The translations under genes were made by a program, and so were the position numbers. DNA of 64,000 bases from Paraspadella gotoi. Its lineage: Eukaryota > Animalia > Chaetognatha. Shown here one piece after another: positions 51,517-64,000 of this stretch (positions are counted from its first letter, which is position 1; the number at the start of each line of letters is the position of its first letter). Location of the stretch: the NCBI GenBank assembly GCA_051294375.1, contig CM119267.1:9722339-9786338 (forward strand), written 5' to 3'. The notes below the pieces were generated by a model. That model searched no databases. It was not told the DNA's origin and worked only from the letters and a program-made list of their open reading frames with translations.

Positions 51517-53203
51517 CACCCCCTTTTTTTCTTTTAAAGTCTAAAAAAATCGCCTTTGATCCTTTTGCGTCTTCGTCGAAGCGAAAAAAATGGAATTTCG
51601 AACGACGGGGAAGAAAACGGGACAAAAATGGATAAAAAAGGACAAAGAGCTGTAGACAAAAACGACAGAGAGAACATGAAAGGACCAAAAAATAACAAAT
51701 ACATTAAGAAACGAAATACAACAGAGCTATGAGTTGTTTTTTTTTTTTTCTTTCTGGAGACTCAGTTGTTAACATCAGGTTAAACTATTTTCATTTTAAG
51801 TAAACAAAGGATAGCAGACAGAAATTAAAATAAAATAATAAAATAAAAAAATAAATAAAATAAAATAAATAAATAAAATAAAATAAAAATAAAAATAAAT
51901 AAAATAAAATAAAATAAAATAAATAAAATAATATAAAAAAATAAAAAAATTAAAATTAAATAAAAAATAAAAATAAAAAATAAAATAAAATAAAATAAAA
52001 TAAAAAAAAATAAAAAATAAAAAAAAAATAAAAAAATAAAAAATAAAAAAATTTTAAAATTAAAAATTTAAAAATTCATATTAATTTGAATCGTGCTTTT
52101 GTCCGTCGGGTGCCGACTGCCGAGTTCACCGGGAGTCTTTGAAAAATCAGCATCTGTCGTCACCGACGCCGCGGCGTCGGCTGCGGCGCCAGCTGCCAAA
52201 CATCTAGGACATCCGCGGCGTTCATCCGTCCCGCAGTTCGGTCGATGAATTGGGACGAACAAATAAGGGATTTGAATGGAGAATGGAGAAAAAAATCGTT
52301 GGGGATGAAAGGAGGAAAAAAAAAGGAGCAAAGAGAAAAAAAAGAAAGAAGACGAAGAAAGGAGAATAAAAGCGAAAGTAGAAAGGAGAAGAGAGAAAAG
52401 AGAGAAAAGAGAGAAAAGAGAGAGAAGAGAGAGAAAGGGAGAATCGAAAAGTGAATGGTATAACTTTGAGAGATATGGGTAGACAAAGATAGACGGACAG
52501 ACCAAAAGAAAAAGATAAGAGGGCAAACAGAGAGAGACTAGACAAGGTTGAAAAAACATACGGAGAGAAACTAAGACACAGCCAGACGGAAAGACAGACG
52601 CAAAATGCAAAATGCTTCGGCCCCTTTTTCCTTCTTCCCCTCTCACGAATGCGTCGACCCGTCTCAGAAAATTATTGGCCGGGCCATAAAAGTTGGCTAC
52701 ATCACCTGTAAGGGAGCCTTAAGGCTCGAACCTACACGCCCTCCCATGAAAATATAAAAGCGCGACCGAGAATGTAATTATGCGTCGTCATCGTTACGAG
52801 GGGGCGTGGCGAACGTGGCGTGGGGTAAACGTAACATCGAGGGGTTTCGGGTAAAAAGGGGACAGCGAACGGCGACAACAGAAGTGTAGAGAGAAACGAT
52901 AACGCCGTGGAGAGAGTGTTTCGGCAAAGTGGGCGTGCCCGCGGAAGAGGGAGAAGGGACGGAAAAGTAAGACGAAGAGAAAAGGAATGTAAACCTTTCA
53001 CGGCAATCGACACTTCCCCCCCCCCGTAAGTCCTCTCTCCTCCGCCACCGATCCCCCAATCTTCGCGTCCAAATTCTCGCCTTGGGCCAAGAATACATTT
53101 TCTCTCTCTCTCTCTCTCCCCTCTCTCTCCGCATTCATCTGCATTCATCTCAATTTTCGATTCGCTCCTTCGCTTTTCTCCGATGTACCGGGAATCAAAC
53201 CGT

Positions 53204-53275
53204 CGGCGATTGGGTCGAGTGGCTTCGGTCGTTGGAGCGTGAACAGGAGGGTCGTGGGTTCGAGTCAACGTCGCA
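53204..53275 (+). mobile_element. Degenerate tRNA-like SINE head (duplicated at ~58682-58750)
   Basis: A-box-like TGGGTCGAGTGG and B-box GGTTCGAGTC at tRNA spacing; no intact cloverleaf. Confidence 0.4.
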
Positions 53276-54298
53276 GGAAATCTGACCTCGAAGGATGACT
53301 CTGTCCGAGGATGGGTGATTTCTTGAGGAGGATTAAGTTTTAACTGAACTCTGAAAAGATGCGAATTAGGAAAGAGACTAAAGTACAATTAAAACCGATA
53401 GATACAAAATCTGCATTCTAGTACCAATAGGAAATTACAAACGTCTTTCAACATCTTCCTTCTTTAAACCGGCAGAAAAAAGAGAGAGACTTCTAGTTTT
53501 TAACCTGTTCCTGCCTATTGTCCACGGAGAGCTGGTCAGGTTGTCGAGAATGAATGGAGAGGCGAGCTCGTCCGCGTTGCATGTTCGATCGGTAGTTCGG
53601 GACGCTTCACTGAATACTAAATTGCGAAAAGCTCAATACATTTTTTTTTCACTTTGAAATAATGTTACGAAAAATATCAAATGTTAGATAAACAAAACTC
53701 ACCTAATTTAAATAGACCCAGCGTCAAATATTTATTTTCTCTAGATAAAACCGCAAAACGAAGAACGGAACGCAGACAAAGTAAACTAAATTTTCAAGCG
53801 CCATTTTAGACGGAAAACGGAGCGGGGTTTTTTTTCAAATATAACGAATAAATTATAAAGTTAGTTTATCATTTTAAAATATTGATTGAAAGAAGACTCC
53901 CTACATTACGAAAACAACAACGACAACAACAACGACGACGCCATCTCTCGACTCCCTCGCGACTCGTTTCCTTTAAATGTCAAAATTGAAATCCCGCTAG
54001 ATGACGCTGGTCGCTTTGGAACGCCGGTCTTTGTTTTCGCGGGGAGGGCGTCGTCGGCAGGCCGCCTTCTCGGGTCATCGCCATGGCTTGGGTCTTCAAA
54101 TGTCAGGCTCGTCTCTTGTCTCTTCGACGGAGATTACGATCGACGGCGTCGGATTTGACCGTAATGAGGCGACGGTCGTTTGAGAGCTTCGATTTTGAGG
54201 GGTGCCGTGCCTGCGCCAATTCGATAGCGAATTTAGCGAGAGCCCGCTGCGGTGCTTGCCCGTCATTGACGGCTGAAAGAATAATATGGGACTAACGT

Positions 54299-54453
54299 TT
54301 AAAGGAACAGTTTGAATATTTTTGCAACGACAATTTATTTAATTTTAGACGAACAATGTTTTGGCGCTGATGAAGGCTCGAATTTGAGCCGAAACATGTT
54401 CGTCTATCATTAAATAAATTGTTGTGGCAAAAATATTCAAACTGTTCCTTTAA
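54299..54453. mobile_element. TTAA-flanked hairpin element, copy 2 (part of the 5.5-kb duplication)
   Basis: Appears identical to 48811-48965. Confidence 0.8.
54363..54404 (+). ncRNA. Minimal type I hammerhead ribozyme, copy 2
   Basis: Identical to 48875-48916. Confidence 0.7.
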
Positions 54454-55573
54454 TCTACAAACCAACAAAAAAGAAAGGATTTACACATAGGGACTAATGT
54501 TATAGCAGAGTTGCAGAAGATTAAATATATATAGCAGTAAGTGCGAAAATACTTTGCTTTTCTCTGTTTATTATAAAAATTAATGTGACTTGGGTTAAAA
54601 TATTATTTATACGCTATAGCTTAATTCTTATACCACTATATCAAGACTCCAAGAGATCATAAGTATAATGATTTGTTAATATGATATGATATATGACAAG
54701 ATATGATATGATCATAAGATAATGATATATTAAAGAAATCATTATAATAATGTGAATAAATGGTTGTTTCTAAGTCTCAAAAGCCAAATTTTACGTGCCT
54801 ATTTTCATTTGCCCCCCACACAGGTAATTTTATTCATATTTTATAAAAGGTAACTCATCAGACAAAGCTTTAATTTTTTTTTATTAAGATACAAAAATTT
54901 GGGTGAAAGTTTTGCAATTTTCATATCCACAGGTAACAATTGCGTCGCAAATGTCATGTGGTTAAAAAGAGAAAACTTAAAGCTTTTGCTGCGCGGATGC
55001 GATGACGTTAAAAGCTCTCTCCTTCAAAAAGGTCAACAGAAAATCCGGAATTTCTCTTGTTGTTCACGTTATCGTCTTTAATTTTCTTGTCTTACTTTCT
55101 CTCAACTGAACCGAGGCTATGAATCACCAATGGAATGGCCGTTATTACGGAGTTGCGGTTTGTGGGCGTTTTGCCAAAACGAGAAGATTCCATAGCAGAG
55201 AGAAAAATATTTCGAGCTCGTGCGCAAATTTTTGTTCGATTTTCGAGAAATTTCTCTGCTTTCGATCGCATGGTTAATCAATAATCAATTGTTCCCTTTA
55301 CAATCCCCGTTACGTCAACATCTGTGACTCTTCAATGAAAATACCGTATCGTTGAGGCAGTGTCCAATGTGTCCGCTGTCTAATTTCCCATCCAATCTTT
55401 TCTTACGTCTTCCCTTCCGGTAATGTAGACATCTAGTAGCATCTGGTGCTGTGCATCTGGTGCATCTGGTGGCATCTGATTGCGTCCCACCGAGAAACTC
55501 GTTAATTCCTTCTGTTTACACTTCCTGCTCCTTTTTCAGGGAAGATTCGACGGCTTTAGGTTTCAATCAAGGA

Positions 55574-55647
<74 letters not shown>

Positions 55648-56136
55648 TCTTCTCTCTCTTCCCTCCAGTCTCTGCCGAATCCACTCATCCACTTCCATTA
55701 ATAAATCCCAAAATCCTTCCGAGTCTCAAATCGAGCAAACAAGCCAGCGCCGACTTATTTCGCACCGCCTCATTGCGGCGTTCCTTGGCGGCGCCATATC
55801 CTGCTCCCCTTTTTGTCCCACATGTTGAAAGGGCCCTTTAATTTATATTCCATCCTTTGCCGTGCCCAATAGTCCCGTAACTTTCGGCAACTTGGGTAAA
55901 ACAGTTTTGTCAGTCTAATCATAATCCATATTGCTCCGGGATATTCTTAACATTAGTCCTCGTTATTCTCGTCCAAGCCGTTCAAAGCCGCACCATTCCT
56001 CAGCTTGCAGTCTCGGGCATGCCATATTGCCCCGTGCCATTCTGCTCTTCGCGTTATTGCCTTTCGGCTCGAAAGGCAGTTGTATCTTAACCTTTTTCGC
56101 GTTTGTCCGTCGCCACTGGCTCGAAAGTGCCGACGA

Positions 56137-56171
<35 letters not shown>

Positions 56172-56965
56172 CGACGACTTTCTACCCCGCAACTTCGAAC
56201 GGCCTACTATCGACACTTTTCCCCTTCCACCTTCAGAAACCAAAACCTCGCCCTCACCCCCACGAATCACTAGCAGTGAACAGTGAACATGAACACCTCG
56301 TCACAATTCTTAAGCACCTCGTCCTCCGATTTGCGCTCCTTAAATCTAAGACATTTCTCTTCAAACTTCTTTTCCTCTTCTCCCGCTTTTATCTTCTTCA
56401 CACTCACCGCTCGTTTCCGGTCACTTCACAGTTTGCGATGCCAATTTTAAAGTCGCGCTCGCCGCTTACCCTTCACCATTCACGAATTCGATTCGGCATT
56501 GCCCTTCCCTACACCCCAACTCTCCCCACCCAAAGGAGCAACCTTTCACCCCCATACCATTATTCACCACTTACCCAAGGCGTCGCTCACCCTTTGCTTA
56601 ACACCCTTTTTATTCACGCTTTCGCTTTCACGAGTTCTCTCTCACTTCCGTCTCACCACTCGGGCGCCAACGCGCGTGAGTTAGAATCGCGTTTATGAAA
56701 GATTCTGGGATCAAGGGATCCAAGTCATGCCGCCCTTCCCCAACCTTTGCCGCCGCGCCCTGACTGCAATCCCCACACCCGCCAACCAAGATTATCACAT
56801 CTCTTCTCTTCGCCGTACCGATTCACTAAAACCCCTTTCTTCTTTCACTGAATTTTCACTCGATTCGCCCACCAGCCCCTCGATCCAGATTCTCTTTCTT
56901 TCGTATGACTATGAAGTATGAACTGAAACCCTTCCTTTTTATGTTTTGCTCGCCCTATCCTTTTC

Positions 56966-57012
<47 letters not shown>

Positions 57013-59775
57013 TCTCCCTCTCTCTTTCTTTCTACCCCCTTTTTTTTTTAAAGTCTAAAAAAATCGCCTTTGATCCTTTTGCGTCTTCGTCGAAGCGAAA
57101 AAAATGGAATTTCGAACGACGGGGAAGAAAACGGGACAAAAATGGATAAAAAAGGACAAAGAGCTGTAGACAAAAACGACAGAGAGAACATGAAAGGACC
57201 AAAAAATAACAAATACATTAAGAAACGAAATACAACAGAGCTATGAGTTGTTTTTTTTCTTTCTGGAGACTCAGTTGTTAACATCAGGTTAAACTATTTT
57301 CATTTTTAAGTAAACAAAGGATAGCAGACAGAAATAAAAATAATAAAATAAAATAAAATAAAATAAAATAAAATAATAAATAAAATAAATAAAATAAATA
57401 AAATAAATAAAATAAAATAAAAATAAAATAAAAAAAAATAATAAAATAAAAATAAAAAAATAAAATAAAAATAATAAATAAAATAAAATAAAATAAAATA
57501 AAATAAAAAAAAAAAAATAAAAAAATAAAAAATAAAAATAAAAAAATTAAAAATTTAAAAATTCATATTAATTTGAATCGTGCTTTTGTCCGTCGGGTGC
57601 CGACTGCCGAGTTCACCGGGAGTCTTTGAAAAATCAGCATCTGTCGTCACCGACGCCGCGGCGTCGGCTGCGGCGCCAGCTGCCAAACATCTAGGACATC
57701 CGCGGCGTTCATCCGTCCCGCAGTTCGGTCGATGAATTGGGACGAACAAATAAGGGATTTGAATGGAGAATGGAGAAAAAAATCGTTGGGGATGAAAGGA
57801 GAGAAAAAAAAAGGAGCAAAGAGAAAAAAAAGAAAGAAGACGAAGAAAGGAAAATAAAAGCGAAAGTAGAAAGAGAAGAGAGAAAAGAGAAGAAAGAGAG
57901 AGAAAAGAGGAGATAAAGGGAGAATCGAAAAGTGAATGGTATAACTTTGAGAGATATGGGTAGACAAAGATAGACGGACAGACCAAAGAAAAAGATAAGA
58001 GGCAAAGAGAGAGAGACTAGACAAGGTTGAAAAAACATACGAGAGAAACTAAGACACAGCCAGACGGAAAGACAGACGCAAAATGCAAAATGCTTCGGCC
58101 CCTTTTTCCTCTCTCCCCTCTCACGAATGCGTCGACCCGTCTCAGAAAATCATTGGCCGGGCCATAAAAGTTGGCTACATCACCTGTAAGGGAGCCTTAA
58201 GGCTCGAACCTACACGCCCTCCCATGAAAATATAAAAGCGCGACGAGAATGTAATTATGCGTCGTCGTCATCGTTACGAGGGGGCGTGGCGAACGTGGCG
58301 TGGGGTAAACGTAACATCGAGGGGTTTCGGGTAAAAAGGGGACAGCGAACGGCGACAACAGAAGTGTAGAAGAAACGATAACGCCGTGGAGAGAGTGTTT
58401 CGGCAAAGTGGGCGTGCCCGCGGAAGAGGGAGAAGGACGGAAAAGTAAGACGAAGAGAAAAGGAATGTAAACCTTTCACGGCAATCGACACTTCCCCCCG
58501 TAATCCTCTCTCCTCCGCCACCGATCCCCCAAATCTTCGCGTCCAAATTCTCGCCTTGGGCCAAGAATACATTTCTCTCTCTCTCTCTCTCTCTCTCTCC
58601 CTCTCTCTCCGCATTCATCTGCATTCATCTCAATTTTCGATTCGCTCTTCTCGCTTTTCTCCGATGTACCGGGAATCAAACCGGCGATTGGGTCGAGTGG
58701 CTTCGGTCGTTGGAGCGTGAACAGGAGGGTCGTGGGTTCGAGTCAACGCGCAGGAAATCTGACCTCGAAGGATGACTCTGTCCGAGGATGGGTGATTTCT
58801 TGAGGAGGATTAAGTTTTAACTGAACTCTGAAAAGATGCGAATTAGGAAAGAGACTAAAGTACAATTAAAACCGATAGATACAAAATCTGCATTTAGTAC
58901 CAATAGGAAATTACAAACGTCTTTCAACATCTTCCTTCTTTAAACCGGCAGAAAATTGGCCGCCAATTAAAATTTAGAACAAAAACGCGAGAAAATTAAA
59001 CCCACTAGCGACATTTATTGCCATTGGCGATGCCAAATTGACAACGACGCACCGGCGGGGCAGAAGACACCGACTTTCTCGCTCACGTGACCGACGCAGA
59101 TGCCCCGGGCTACGAGACTTCCCGGCGTCCGCCCGACATTTCGTTAGCGGCGTCGGACGTCGCCCGACATTTCGTCGGCGACGACGTCAACGTCTTCATC
59201 AGCATAAGTTTGGATCGATTCGAGNNNNNNNNNNNNNNNNNNNNNNNNNTTTGTCGCGATTGTCGAATGCAAATGAATTCCGAATGGAAGCGACAGGCGT
59301 TTGGAATTAATTCCCGGCAACGTCGTCGCACTCTCTGTCTTTCTTTCTCTTCGAATTCTCTTCTTGTTATTCTTTTCATTGTAATCATAAATTTTTGTTA
59401 TAATTTCAATCAATCTTCGACATTAAAAATAATTTTTAAAATAAGTCAGAAAATGAATTAACTACTAGTTTAAGATGTANNNNNNNNNNTGAATTCCGAA
59501 TGGAAACGACAGGCGTTTGGAATTAATTCCCGGCCACGTCGTCGCACTCTCTCTGTTTCTCTCTCTCTCCTTCTCTCTCTCTCTTCGAATTCTCCTCTTG
59601 TTATTCTTTATGAAGTCAAAAACAAAAAAACGGCCTTGAGACTTGGTTTAGACGATTGTCGCTAACATTTTCATTGTAATCATAAATCTTTGTTATAATT
59701 TCAATCAATCTTCGACATGCAAAATAATTTTTAATTGAGAAAATGAACATAAACTACTTTAACTAGTTAACTAGT

Positions 59776-62700
59776 TTAAGATGTATTAGGAAACTTGAAG
59801 GGGTCTTCAAACTGCGCGTTCGTAAAGTCGTTGAGAAGCCTAAGTTTTTGGGCAAAGGTAATTTTTAACAAAATGAGTCAAAAACATTTGACGAACTTCA
59901 AGCTTAAATTGACCAACCTGAAGAGAGCGTGATAGGCCGTGACCAAAGCGCCATCTATCCAAACCGGTTTGAAGGAGAACCCGTCGCCGGCAAAGTAAAG
60001 GCCTGAGATGAAATCATTTCAAAAAAGACGCTTCCATGAGCTAAAAGAAAAAGACTCGCCTTTTGGGGAATGTGTGACAAACTGTTGCAGCTTTTCCAAG
60101 TTATGTTGACCCCAGGCGCATAGCGGAATGTTCATCCAAGGTTCGATCGCGTAACTTCCAGTAAACATTTCACTAACGTTCACGTTTGGGTGGAACCTTT
60201 GTAATTTGTTCAGCGTCATGTTGATAACCGCCTAAAGAGAGATGTCTATTAAATCATTGCAACAATTTGAATTTAATTGAGCGATAAAAACGATAAAACG
60301 ATAAAAACGCATTACCCAAACACCTTCTTCATCGCTTTTTGAAAGAATGCTGTATTTTCCTTCATGATCGTTTAACAAATGAGCAATTGATGAGGCAAAA
60401 TCCAATAAAGGGTACGAAAAAACAATATTCCCAGATTGCTTTGTATGCCGAGGATAGTAAAATCCCATAATATTGTCAGTCGTAGAGACGTAACCTGTTT
60501 AAACGTAATCTTTAATCAAAATAAATTAAAGTAAAAGAAAGAAGTTATCAAGAGTTCAAGACAACGCTGAAAGAGAGCGGTATGTTTCCTAACCTTGTTT
60601 ATCACCAACTTTGAACTCTCCTAGGTTATTGGAGGTATTCTTCCAAAAGGGAGTTTTAAATTCGACAAAGATTTTCATTGCTTGCCCGCTCTTTAAAAAG
60701 TTAGTATGCGAAAGAGACAAGTATTTGGATGAAGATATTGCAATTTTACCAAGATCCGTTGCAGAAATGGTTGAAACAACGGCATCATAAGTTCCAATGA
60801 CACTGTTGCAATTTTTAACTTGTACTGCAATTATGGGGAGAAACTAATACAACAACAAAAAATAATTGGCTATTCATTATTCAACATACCGTCTCCGTTT
60901 TCTATCTGTTTAATATCCTCAACCGGGCTGAGCCATTTAAACGTGGTCTTCACTTGGCCAGAATTCATTTTTAAAAGTTCATCGTAGAAACAAGTATATG
61001 CATCCACGGATTGCTTTTCATGTCGCTTAGGCTTCCGAAACAAAGAAGTGAGACCATTCCTCAGAGTATACATGCCGTTTTCTTGCCACATCTTGGAAAG
61101 CGGTCCGATTGTAATTGGAAACCTGACAACAATCAAATATCTCACAATGCACCAATTTGCGAAAGCTAAGTGCTGGACGAACCTGAAAAATAAATAAAAA
61201 CGATATAAGCTCCAATAGAGTTTTATTATTGAATCGGGCCATCCTTTGTTAATGAGAAATTCTCGATACGACACGTTCCAAAAATCTTGAAATTTCATGA
61301 AAGCATCAAGTTTGTCGTTCAGTTTACTAAAAAAAATAAAAAAAGAAAGAAATAACTTAGGCCAAAACATTTTTGTAACGAATGAGTTAAACCACGCCAC
61401 ATAAATACCTGGGGTCCTTCATGAAAAGCACAGAATGATTCTCAGTCCATTTCAAAATCTCCCGAACCGTGCACATTTCAAAAGCTAATTCCAAAGATCC
61501 GTTGTATTTTCGTCGCAAATTCAAAGCAAAATCTGGATTTAACGATTCCACCATTTTCAAGGCGTAATCATTAATAGTTTCTCCTTTTACGGTTCTGAAA
61601 CAAGACGAAAAGTTTAAAAAGGGTTTGACATCTCTGCTGATATCAGTGAAAAACGAAATACCCGTTCTTTTGTTTAAAAATGTTTTCGCTAAATCAAGTC
61701 ACCTGTAGATGTCGTCTTCAGATCTGACAAAGAACGTTCCAAAGAGATCGGCGCCAGCCTGACGCATATTGAATCTGACCACGGGGATCTTAAACTTCTT
61801 GACGTAGTGGCGAACGAGCATTGCCGGAAAGTCTTCGTCACGGACTTCCGCGAAGGCGCCCTCGCCGTGCACGAGAGACTGCATCTCCTCATCGCTCATC
61901 GATCTGACGTCGCAATTGATTCCCGATCTTTCGCAAATCCTGATTAGTAAAATTTCGAAGGCAAAACAACGACCAACATTTTTCAAAATGAGACAAAAAC
62001 TGCAGATTTACTTTCCGCAGCCTATCTGCTGCAGATGACCCAACCCACCAGCCATATTTGCAGCGGAGGTCTTCCTGCGGTATCATCGGCAGCCGCATCG
62101 CTCCTCCTTCGCCGAATGCGTCGTCGTCTTCGTTGGTCCAAAGGTTCGGGAGAAAGTCTCCCTTTTTACCTTAATTATTGTTTTAAATATAAGTATAATA
62201 TACGATTTAAATGATTTCATTTTCGTACCTATGGTTTTAGCCTTTCCGCCGAGTCGATTTTCCTTTTCAATTATTGTTATTTCTACAGAAGATCCAGATT
62301 CGACAGCGTACTTAGCCAACTCATAAGCCGTGGTCAACCCTGTCATTTTGTTGATAATTTCGGATAAATTACTGTTTTATGTGATACGTATTAGGCAAGA
62401 GTCTATACTAGTTTTAAAAAAGTTACTTCATCTGCATCAACATCAACATGCCGACGCATGTAAACTGAAAATTAACAGTGCCCTCTGTAAAAGTCAGTAT
62501 AAGGTAACCTGTGGCGCCTGCGCCGACGATTCCGACTCGAAAAGTCTTCTCATCTCGCCCTTTCAGTCGGCGGAGCTCGAATCTCTGAGCGAATCCGTCT
62601 TCAGCCAAACTCACGAGGTCCTTCCACCAAAAATGTTCGAAGGAGAAGAAAGAAAAACGATCCGCGCACGCTGATAACAAAATAAAATACTACGAAAATG

Positions 62701-62933
62701 AAAATATAAAATTGGTACACCCAATATGAAAATTGTCCATAAAATTATTACATGCATGTATTAGTATATCAAAACAAATAATTTTGCATAATCATGTTAT
62801 AAAGTTTCCCGATATGAGTAAATGTGTTGAAAATTAATTACCAACCTGATTTATTGAATCCTTGCGAGACGCTTCGGTCAAGCTCGGCGAAAAGCGAAAG
62901 AATGACGACGAAAGTCAAGTATTTCAGGTTCAT
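59776..62933 (-). CDS. Secreted flavin-dependent amine oxidase, L-amino-acid-oxidase-like (~670-690 aa, 12-13 exons)
   Basis: Exons 62933-62846, 62670-62509, 62339-62229, 62169-62049, 61939-61703, 61594-61409, 61326-60890 (possible in-frame 60-nt intron 61182-61123), 60824-60594, 60494-60316, 60231-60060, 60002-59918, 59839-59776; all phases consistent. Signal-peptide-like MNLKYLTFVVILSLFA; FAD motifs VGIVGAGATGLTTAYEL and EKENRLGGK; GEGGAMRLP; YDAVVST; KIFVEFKTPFW; LYFAGD...WIDGAL. Confidence 0.9.
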
Positions 62934-63203
62934 ATTCTGTGTTGAGAATAAAAAGTAAAGACTGAAAGATTATGGCTTTTATGCGGAGAAAATTTTGCTC
63001 TAAAGGTCAGAGGGAAATGAATTCTCGACTCATCTCGGAATGATCCAATAAGATCAGGCCAATCGTATTCCGACTGTTTCTGAATTTGAAATACGCCTAA
63101 AAACAAGTTTTAGCAAACAATGACGGATCTGCCCACGATCATTAGCGGTAATTAATTAATTAATTAATTGATATAAACTATATAGACTAAAATAATAATT
63201 GTT

Positions 63204-63436
63204 ATTATTGTCGTCGTCGCCATCATCGTCGTCGTTGCTTTTGTCGTGATCAGTGACGGAAAGACCTAAAAACAAACATTTCAGATCAAATTAATTAATT
63301 TATTAATTAAATTATTATTTTAGTTTATATATTTGTATTAATTAATTAATTTGATCTGAAATGTTTGTTTTTCGGTCTTTTCGTCACTGATCACGACAAA
63401 AGCAACGACGACGATGATGACGACGACGACGATAAT
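63204..63436. mobile_element. Foldback/MITE-like hairpin (~97-bp inverted arms, ~40-bp AT-rich spacer)
   Basis: The arm CATCATCGTCGTCGTTGCTTTTGTCGTGATCAGTGACGGAAAGACCTAAAAACAAACATTTCAGATCAAATTAATTAATT and its near-perfect reverse complement at ~63340-63436. Confidence 0.85.
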
Positions 63437-63672
63437 GCCGATAATGATTGACTTGATTGATTGATTGATTGATTAAATAATTAATTAATTTATAAATAAA
63501 TTGATTGATTGAATAATTGATTGATTAATTGGCCGTTTATTTTATTTAATTTAATTTATTAATTAATCGACTAATTGATTAATTAACTGATTAATTATTT
63601 GATTAATTAATACATCTTGCATTTACATTTAATATAAAAATAAAAAGAAGCATAATCAATTAGTGAAATAGG

Positions 63673-63940
63673 TTTTTTTGTTTTTTCCATTTAAACTCAT
63701 TTCCACTCAGACCATTCCATCGAAATTTTATTTCCAGCTTAATCATTCACTTTCCGACTCACATACAAAATTTCAAGTCAATCGCCCCATTCACTCATGA
63801 GTAATTGACGTTCAAACAGTGAAAAAGATTTTTTTGTTTTTTCCATTTAAACTCATTTCCACTCGGACGATTCCATCGAAACTTCATATATATTATACAG
63901 CTCAATCACACACTTCCCTACCCACACACAAAATTTCATT
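63673..63940 (+). repeat. ~156-bp tandem repeat, 2 copies
   Basis: TTTTTTTGTTTTTTCCATTTAAACTCATTTCCACTC.GAC.ATTCCATCGAAA...ACAAAATTTCA at ~63673 and ~63829. Confidence 0.8.
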
Positions 63941-64000
63941 CTGTGGTGGTTGGTTGGTTCTGAAGTCACACTCCGCACGTTACAGCTTCCATCGGATCCT

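Larger units (their letters stand above)
48005..58955 (+). repeat. ~5.5-kb tandem segmental duplication (48005-53479 and 53489-58955)
   Basis: Both units start ACTTCTAGTTTTTAACCTG and end CTTTAAACCGGCAGAAAA. They are near-identical, differing mostly by 1-2 nt indels and microsatellite length. Confidence 0.95.

Noticed and set aside
55931-56698. 255-aa ORF
   Set aside because: Pyrimidine-rich low-complexity sequence; the frame is broken in the other duplicate copy (50456-51205); no recognisable motifs.
59274-59785. Duplicated ~200-bp block on either side of the N-gap at 59480
   Set aside because: Typical overlap of alternative haplotypes at a scaffold gap.

Overview
Eukaryotic, most likely invertebrate animal, genomic scaffold with spliceosomal introns, abundant (AG)n/(ACG)n/(AAAT)n microsatellites, several N-gaps and some indel-rich stretches. 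Most ORF-track entries are microsatellite artefacts. By hand-splicing I reconstruct six protein-coding genes: (1) a 2-exon G-protein gamma subunit missed by the ORF track (3066-3531 +); (2,3) a tandem pair of divergent class II DYRK-like kinases (13109-15574 - and 17035-19927 -), one lacking the activation-loop tyrosine; (4) a 4-exon atypical rhodopsin-class GPCR (32475-34888 +); (5) an ~11-exon C2CD6/ALS2CR11 (CatSper-tau)-like gene (~42401-48098 -); (6) a 12-exon secreted L-amino-acid-oxidase-like flavoenzyme with a GC-AG intron (59776-62933 -). Non-coding content includes a tRNA-Lys pseudogene, tRNA-derived SINE-like elements, HINE/DINE-like and MITE-like repeats, minisatellites, a 5.5-kb tandem duplication and a gap-spanning inverted duplication. 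The most unusual element is a 147-bp TTAA-flanked hairpin with a minimal hammerhead ribozyme at its centre (48811-48965, copy 54299-54453). Family assignments rest on motifs recalled from memory and were not database-checked.
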